Shown: positions 59,328 through 64,000 of the stretch, in pieces | Numbering within the stretch: the first letter of the stretch is position 1 | Layout: the number at the start of each line of letters is the position of its first letter | Source: Armatimonadota bacterium | Lineage (GTDB): Bacteria > Sysuimicrobiota > Sysuimicrobiia > Sysuimicrobiales > Humicultoraceae | NCBI GenBank assembly: GCA_037443365.1 | Contig: JBBIOM010000005.1 | Coordinates: 5,760 to 69,759, forward strand | DNA: 64,000 bases | Direction: 5' to 3' | Made by a program: the position numbers and the translations under genes | The notes under the pieces: generated by a model | What the model was told of the DNA's origin: nothing | Databases searched by the model: none | The model's input: the letters and a program-made list of their open reading frames with translations, nothing else

Positions 59328-61252
59328 GCCGCCCGGATCGCCGCGTCTACCTGACTGACCTTCCCCTCGAGGAGGCGCTCTCGCGCTGGATCGGGGCGCT
59401 GCGTGCGCGCGGCCTGCTCCTGCCGACCCCGGCAGAGGCAGTTGACGTGGCCGAATCCGCCGGGCGCGTGACCGCCGAAGCGATCCACGCCAGCCGATCT
59501 GTGCCGCACTACCACGCCGCGGCAATGGACGGGATCGCGGTGCTCGCCGCCGATACCTTCGGCGCGACCGAGACCGCCCCGATCCTTCTGCCTCCGGATC
59601 GCTTCGTGACGGTCAATACCGGTGACGCAATGCCTGATGACGCCGACGCGGTGATCATGATCGAGGAGATCCGCGAGGTGGACGGCGCCGCCGAGATCCT
59701 GGCGCCCGCGGTGCCGTGGCAGCACGTTCGATCGGTCGGGGAGGACGTCATCGCGACCGAGTTGCTCCTGCCCAGCAACCACCTCATACGCGCCGTGGAC
59801 GTGGGCGCGATTGCTGCCGCGGGCGTGGGCGCCGTTTCGGTGCGGCGCCGGCCACGCGTGACGCTCATCCCCACCGGCGACGAGGTGGCAGATGCCGCGG
59901 GGCCGCTCCGCCCGGGCCAGGTTCCCGAGTTCAACACGGTTATGCTGGCCGCCGAGGTGGCGGGCTGGGGCGGGGAGGCGCGCCGCCACTCGATCGTACC
60001 CGACGATGCCGCGGCACTGGCGGCCGCGCTCGAGGCCGCCGACGACTGTGACCTGCTGGTGGTCAACGCCGGGGCATCGGCCGGCGAGCGCGATCACACG
60101 GCCCTGGTCTTCGAACGGCTGGGCGAGATCATGGTGCACGGCGTGGCCATACGCCCGGGCAAGCCCGTGATCCTGGGGATCGTGCGCGGCCGTCCGGCGA
60201 TCGGCCTGCCCGGATATCCGGTCTCGGCCATGCTCACGTTCGACCTGTTCGCCCGACCGGTCGTGTACGCGCTGCAGGGTCTCGCGGCGCCCGAGCGCGA
60301 GCGCCTGCGCGCGACGCTGGTGCGCAAGGTCCACTCAACCCTGGGAGTGGACGAGTTCGTGCGCGTGACCGCCGGCCGCGTGGGCGGCCGGATGGTGGTC
60401 GCGCCGCTGGCCCGCGGCGCCGGGCTGGTGACCTCGCTGGTGCGTGCCGACGGCATGCTGGTCATCCCGCGCACATGCGAGGGGGTGGACGCCGGCGAGG
60501 AGGTGGAGATCGAGCTGCGCCGTCCCAGATCCGCTATTGAGAACGCGATCCTGGCCGTGGGCAGTCACGATGTCGCGCTCGACGTGCTGGCCGACTTCCT
60601 GCGCCGCGCCGATCCGGGCGTCTCGCTCACGTCGGCGCACGTAGGGAGCCTGGGAGGGTTGCTGGCGCTTCACCGCAACGAGGCGCACATGGCCGGCGTG
60701 CACCTGCTCGACGAGGCCACGGGCGAGTACAACATCCCCTACGTGCGCCAGTACCTGCCTGACCGCACGGTGGTGCTGGTGACCCTGGCCCACCGGGAGC
60801 AGGGGCTGATCGTTGAGCCGGGCAATCCCAAGGGCATCCTCGGCATTCCCGACCTGGCCAGGCCGGACGTGCGCTTCATCAACCGGCAGCGCGGGGCCGG
60901 CACCCGGCTATTGCTCGACTACGAGATGCGCCGATGCGGCCTGGTCCCAGGGCAGATATGCGGGTACGCCCGCGAGGTCTACACGCACATGGCCACGGCC
61001 GCGGCCGTCGCGTCGGGTGCGGCCGATGCCGGGCTCGGCATCCTGGCCGCGGCGCGCGCGATGGGTCTGGAGTTCATTCCGGTGGCGCGCGAACGCTTCG
61101 ACCTGGCGATTCCACAGGAACAGGTGGCCTCGCCGCTGGTCCAGCGCGTGTTGGACGTCCTGGAGCGCGACGAGTTCAGGGCAGCGGTGGCCGCGCTGGG
61201 GGGGTACGACCTGTCATCCACCGGCAGCCGCGTCGTGGTGGGGCCTGGATGA
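59324..61252 (+). CDS. MoeA domain fused to a PBP/LysR substrate-binding-like domain (Mo/W cofactor biosynthesis)
   Basis: AAMDG, PTGDE, RPGKP, GLPGYPVS, then GSHD, VGSLGGL, AGVHL, NRQRGAGTR, EVYTH. Confidence 0.9.
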   Translation: MSRPDRRVYLTDLPLEEALSRWIGALRARGLLLPTPAEAVDVAESAGRVTAEAIHASRSVPHYHAAAMDGIAVLAADTFGATETAPILLPPDRFVTVNTGDAMPDDADAVIMIEEIREVDGAAEILAPAVPWQHVRSVGEDVIATELLLPSNHLIRAVDVGAIAAAGVGAVSVRRRPRVTLIPTGDEVADAAGPLRPGQVPEFNTVMLAAEVAGWGGEARRHSIVPDDAAALAAALEAADDCDLLVVNAGASAGERDHTALVFERLGEIMVHGVAIRPGKPVILGIVRGRPAIGLPGYPVSAMLTFDLFARPVVYALQGLAAPERERLRATLVRKVHSTLGVDEFVRVTAGRVGGRMVVAPLARGAGLVTSLVRADGMLVIPRTCEGVDAGEEVEIELRRPRSAIENAILAVGSHDVALDVLADFLRRADPGVSLTSAHVGSLGGLLALHRNEAHMAGVHLLDEATGEYNIPYVRQYLPDRTVVLVTLAHREQGLIVEPGNPKGILGIPDLARPDVRFINRQRGAGTRLLLDYEMRRCGLVPGQICGYAREVYTHMATAAAVASGAADAGLGILAAARAMGLEFIPVARERFDLAIPQEQVASPLVQRVLDVLERDEFRAAVAALGGYDLSSTGSRVVVGPG

Positions 61253-61261
61253 GCGCCCGCA

Positions 61262-62320
61262 CTACCTGACGCCGTCTGCGGGCCCGGCCGGTCTCAGGTT
61301 GGCGGCGCGTACGCCAAGCAGGCGCACCGGGCGATCCAGGGCCACCCTCTCGAGCAGACCCACCGCGACCTCTGCCAGCGCGGCGCGATCGGCCACCGCC
61401 TCGGCCAGCGTGAGCGAGCGCGAGACCGTCTGGAACGTGGCGAACCTGACCTTGAGGGTGATGGTGCACGCGCGATAGCCCTGCTCCCCCAGATCATCCG
61501 CGACGCGGCCGGCCAGATGCAGGACCGCCTGGCGCATCGCTTCCCGCCGTCGCAGATCCACCTGGAAGGTGTGCTCCCGGCTGACCGACTTGGGCTCCCA
61601 TTCGGTCTCCACCGGGCTCTCATCCACGCCGCAGGCGGCGCGATGCAGGTAGGCACCCATGCGTGGTCCGTAAGTCTCCTGGAGCCTCACCAGGGCGATC
61701 GCGGCCAGGTCGCCCACGGTCTGGACGCCGAAGTCGTCGCGCAGGCGCGCCGCGGTCTTGGGCCCGACACCCCATAGAACCCCAACAGGCAGCGGCCCCA
61801 GCCGCGCCTCCACCTCGTCGTCCCGGATTGTGGTCAGACCGTTCGGCTTGGCAAGGCCCGATGCGATCTTGGCCACGAGCTTGTTCGGGCCTATGCCTAC
61901 CGATGCCGTAAGGTGCAGCTCTCGGGCTATGCGTTCCCGGATCGCACGGGCGATTGTCTCGGCCGGTTGCGGCAGATCCGTGACATCCAGGAAGGCCTCG
62001 TCCAGGCCCAGCGACTGCACGCGGGCGCCGGTGGCGCGCAGGATAGCGTGCATGCGCTCGGAAACCTCCCTGTAGCAGGGGAAGTCCACGGGCAGGAATA
62101 CGGCCTGCGGGCACCGCTCGTAGGCGGTGCGCAGCGGCAGTCCGGAGTGCACGCCGAAGGGGCGGGCTTCGTAGGAGGCGGTGGAGACCACCCCGCGCTC
62201 GCGCGGATTGCCCCTGCCGCCCACGACCACCGGGCGACCGCGCAGCCCGGGCCGCCGCAACTGCTCGATCGCGGCGAAGAAGGCATCCATGTCCACGTGC
62301 AGGATCGCGCGGCCGGGCAT
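61262..62320 (-). CDS. dinB: DNA polymerase IV
   Basis: HVDMDAFFA, ASYEAR, LDEAFLD, NKLVAKIAS..KPNG, GVGPKT. Confidence 0.95.
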   Translation of the reverse strand: MPGRAILHVDMDAFFAAIEQLRRPGLRGRPVVVGGRGNPRERGVVSTASYEARPFGVHSGLPLRTAYERCPQAVFLPVDFPCYREVSERMHAILRATGARVQSLGLDEAFLDVTDLPQPAETIARAIRERIARELHLTASVGIGPNKLVAKIASGLAKPNGLTTIRDDEVEARLGPLPVGVLWGVGPKTAARLRDDFGVQTVGDLAAIALVRLQETYGPRMGAYLHRAACGVDESPVETEWEPKSVSREHTFQVDLRRREAMRQAVLHLAGRVADDLGEQGYRACTITLKVRFATFQTVSRSLTLAEAVADRAALAEVAVGLLERVALDRPVRLLGVRAANLRPAGPADGVR

Positions 62321-62417
62321 AGACTCTCATCTGGAGCGGTTCGCCCTGTTCGGTGCCGTGTTCCTACCGCCGTGGGCGCGCGGGCCGTGACAGTTCGGAG
62401 GCGAGGAGGGAGCGGGC

Positions 62418-63167
62418 ATGATCAGGTTCGATGACAGGGTGCTGCTGGTCACCGGCGGCACCGCGGGGATCGGGCTGGCCACGGCGCAGCTGGCGCGCGA
62501 GCTGGGAGGCAAGGTGGCCGTGGCGGGGCGGGACCCGGAGCGCGGCCGGCGCGCGGTTGGCGATCTCGGCGAGGACGCGCTCTTCATCGAGGCCGACGTC
62601 GCGCGCGAGGCCGACGCCGCGCGCATGGTCGCCGCGGTGCTCGATCGGTTCGCCCGCCTGGATGTGCTGGTCAACAACGCGGGTGCCATCAGCCGCCGGC
62701 CTGTCCACGAGGAGGAGCCGGAAGCCTGGGACCGCTTGATGGGAGTCAACCTGCGCGGCGTGTTCCTGTGCTGCAAGTGCGCGCTCCCCGCGCTCATTGC
62801 GAGCCGGGGCGCGATTGTCAACGTCTCGTCGGTCCTGGCGTTTGGCTCAGGGGCGGGCCGGACCCCGGCCTACGACGCCAGCAAGGCCGGGGTTGCCGCG
62901 CTCACGCGCTCGCTGGCCACCCGCTACGGGCCCGAGGGCGTGAGGGCGAACGCGGTCTGTCCCGGGCTGATCCCGACCGACCTGAACCGCGACTCCTGGG
63001 AGACGTGGACGAACGAGCATCGCGCCGCGATCATCCAGACCTATCCGCTGCGGCGCCTGGGGACGCCCCAGGACGCGGCGCGCGCCATCCTGTTCCTGGC
63101 CTCGGACGCGGCCTCCTGGATTACCGGCGCCGCGCTGCTGGTGGACGGAGGGCTGACCGCCGTCTGA
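62418..63167 (+). CDS. SDR family oxidoreductase
   Basis: TGGTAGIG, NNAG, YDASK, ANAVCPG, VDGG. Confidence 0.93.
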   Translation: MIRFDDRVLLVTGGTAGIGLATAQLARELGGKVAVAGRDPERGRRAVGDLGEDALFIEADVAREADAARMVAAVLDRFARLDVLVNNAGAISRRPVHEEEPEAWDRLMGVNLRGVFLCCKCALPALIASRGAIVNVSSVLAFGSGAGRTPAYDASKAGVAALTRSLATRYGPEGVRANAVCPGLIPTDLNRDSWETWTNEHRAAIIQTYPLRRLGTPQDAARAILFLASDAASWITGAALLVDGGLTAV

Positions 63168-63200
63168 CGCGCAGGGCCTGCAGGGCGAGAGGCTCAACGC

Positions 63201-63229
63201 TTGTCCCGGGCCTGCACGCGGGCTATACT
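63201..63229 (+). promoter_or_regulatory. Sigma70-type promoter upstream of the TPP riboswitch
   Basis: TTGTCC, 17-nt spacer, TATACT. Confidence 0.65.
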
Positions 63230-63253
63230 AAAGGGTAGGAACTCAATAGCGAT

Positions 63254-63365
63254 CCTCTGGGGGAGCTCGGGCGAGCCGGGCTGAGAGTGCGACCTCCCGA
63301 AGCAGGGCGCCGTCGCAGACCCCAAGAACCCGATCCAGGTAATGCTGGCGTGGGGAAGCAGGGCA
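63254..63365 (+). ncRNA. TPP (thiamine pyrophosphate) riboswitch
   Basis: GGGG..GCTGAGA...GACCC..GAACCCGATCCAGGTAATGCTGGCGTGGGGA matches the THI-box consensus; followed by a GC-rich hairpin at about 63374-63407. Confidence 0.92.
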
Positions 63366-63430
63366 GCACGTCGCGGCCGCCAGCCCCGGATGGGGAGGGC
63401 GGCCGTCGGGTTTCCTGCGCGGGGTGGCGC

Positions 63431-64000
63431 ATGACAGGCGGGATTGGGGCAGTAGCAGTGGTCATCGTTACGGCGCTGGCGTTCGCGCTCGCGGGGATCG
63501 TGCACGCGCGCAGGAGCCGCCTCTCGGTCGAGGACTACATCAGCGCCCGCTACTCGGCCGGCGCAGGCGCGACCGCGGCGACCCTCGTTGCCTCGGCGAT
63601 GGGCGCCTGGATACTCTACAGCCCTGCCGAGGCCGGCACCTGGGGCGGGCTGGCCGCGCTGATCGGCTACGGGCTGGGAAGCGCCGCGCCGATGCTGGCG
63701 CTCGTCCCGCTCGGGGCACGGATGCGGGCGCTGGCTCCCTCCGGGCACTCCCTTACCGAGTTCGTCTGGCACAGGTACGGAAGGGGGATGTACGCCCTGA
63801 CGCTGGCGGTCATGCTCTTCTACATGTTCGTCTTCCTCGCGGCCGAGACGACCGGAATAGCGCTGGCGGTCAATCTGGTGGCGCAGGCGCCGCTTCCGCT
63901 GACCGCCGCCCTGGTGGGCCTGGCCACCGTCGCGTACACCGCCTACGGCGGGCTGCCTTCGACCATCTTCACCGACCGGATACAGGCCGCGGTGATCATA
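63431..64000 (+). CDS. Sodium:solute symporter family protein (partial; candidate thiamine or precursor transporter)
   Basis: Not in the ORF track because it runs off the window; MTGGIGAVAVV..SVEDYISAR..SAMGAWILYSPAEAG..YTAYGGLPSTIFTDRIQ. Confidence 0.85.
   Translation, partial: MTGGIGAVAVVIVTALAFALAGIVHARRSRLSVEDYISARYSAGAGATAATLVASAMGAWILYSPAEAGTWGGLAALIGYGLGSAAPMLALVPLGARMRALAPSGHSLTEFVWHRYGRGMYALTLAVMLFYMFVFLAAETTGIALAVNLVAQAPLPLTAALVGLATVAYTAYGGLPSTIFTDRIQAAVII

Overview
This 64-kb window is from a high-GC bacterium (roughly 70% by eye). The gene order tal-rho-rpmE-tdk-prfA-prmC-rpiB-glyA-upp and an SLH-domain protein look Terrabacteria-like, but taxonomy cannot be fixed from the sequence alone. 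It is mostly core and metabolic genes: a peptidoglycan amino-sugar recycling operon (RpiR regulator, GNAT, peptide-type ABC transporter, serine hydrolase, BadF-type kinase, murQ, anmK), argS, a housekeeping cluster, glnA, a DEAD-box helicase, pstSCAB-phoU, rplY-pth, a HEPN/MNT toxin-antitoxin pair, an N-succinylamino acid racemase/GNAT/tandem M20 locus, pncB, corA, an aldehyde:ferredoxin oxidoreductase (AOR) cofactor operon, dinB, and a TPP riboswitch ahead of a sodium:solute symporter. I saw no CRISPR array, tRNA/rRNA, prophage or IS element. The best candidate for an undescribed system is a fusion of a DUF47 (PhoU-like) domain with a PhoB/OmpR winged-helix DNA-binding domain and no receiver domain. 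It lies directly upstream of pstS, and the intergenic gap carries 11-bp-periodic Pho-box-like repeats, suggesting a one-component phosphate regulator. Other notable items: a PlsY/acyl-ACP-reductase-like fusion, an ArsC relic with TGA at the catalytic Cys plus a SECIS-like hairpin, three ubiquitin-like domains without a free C-terminal GG in the AOR operon, a probable ATT start and structured leader for the DEAD-box helicase, and several pseudogenes eroded by internal deletions. All family assignments come from motif recognition, not database searches.
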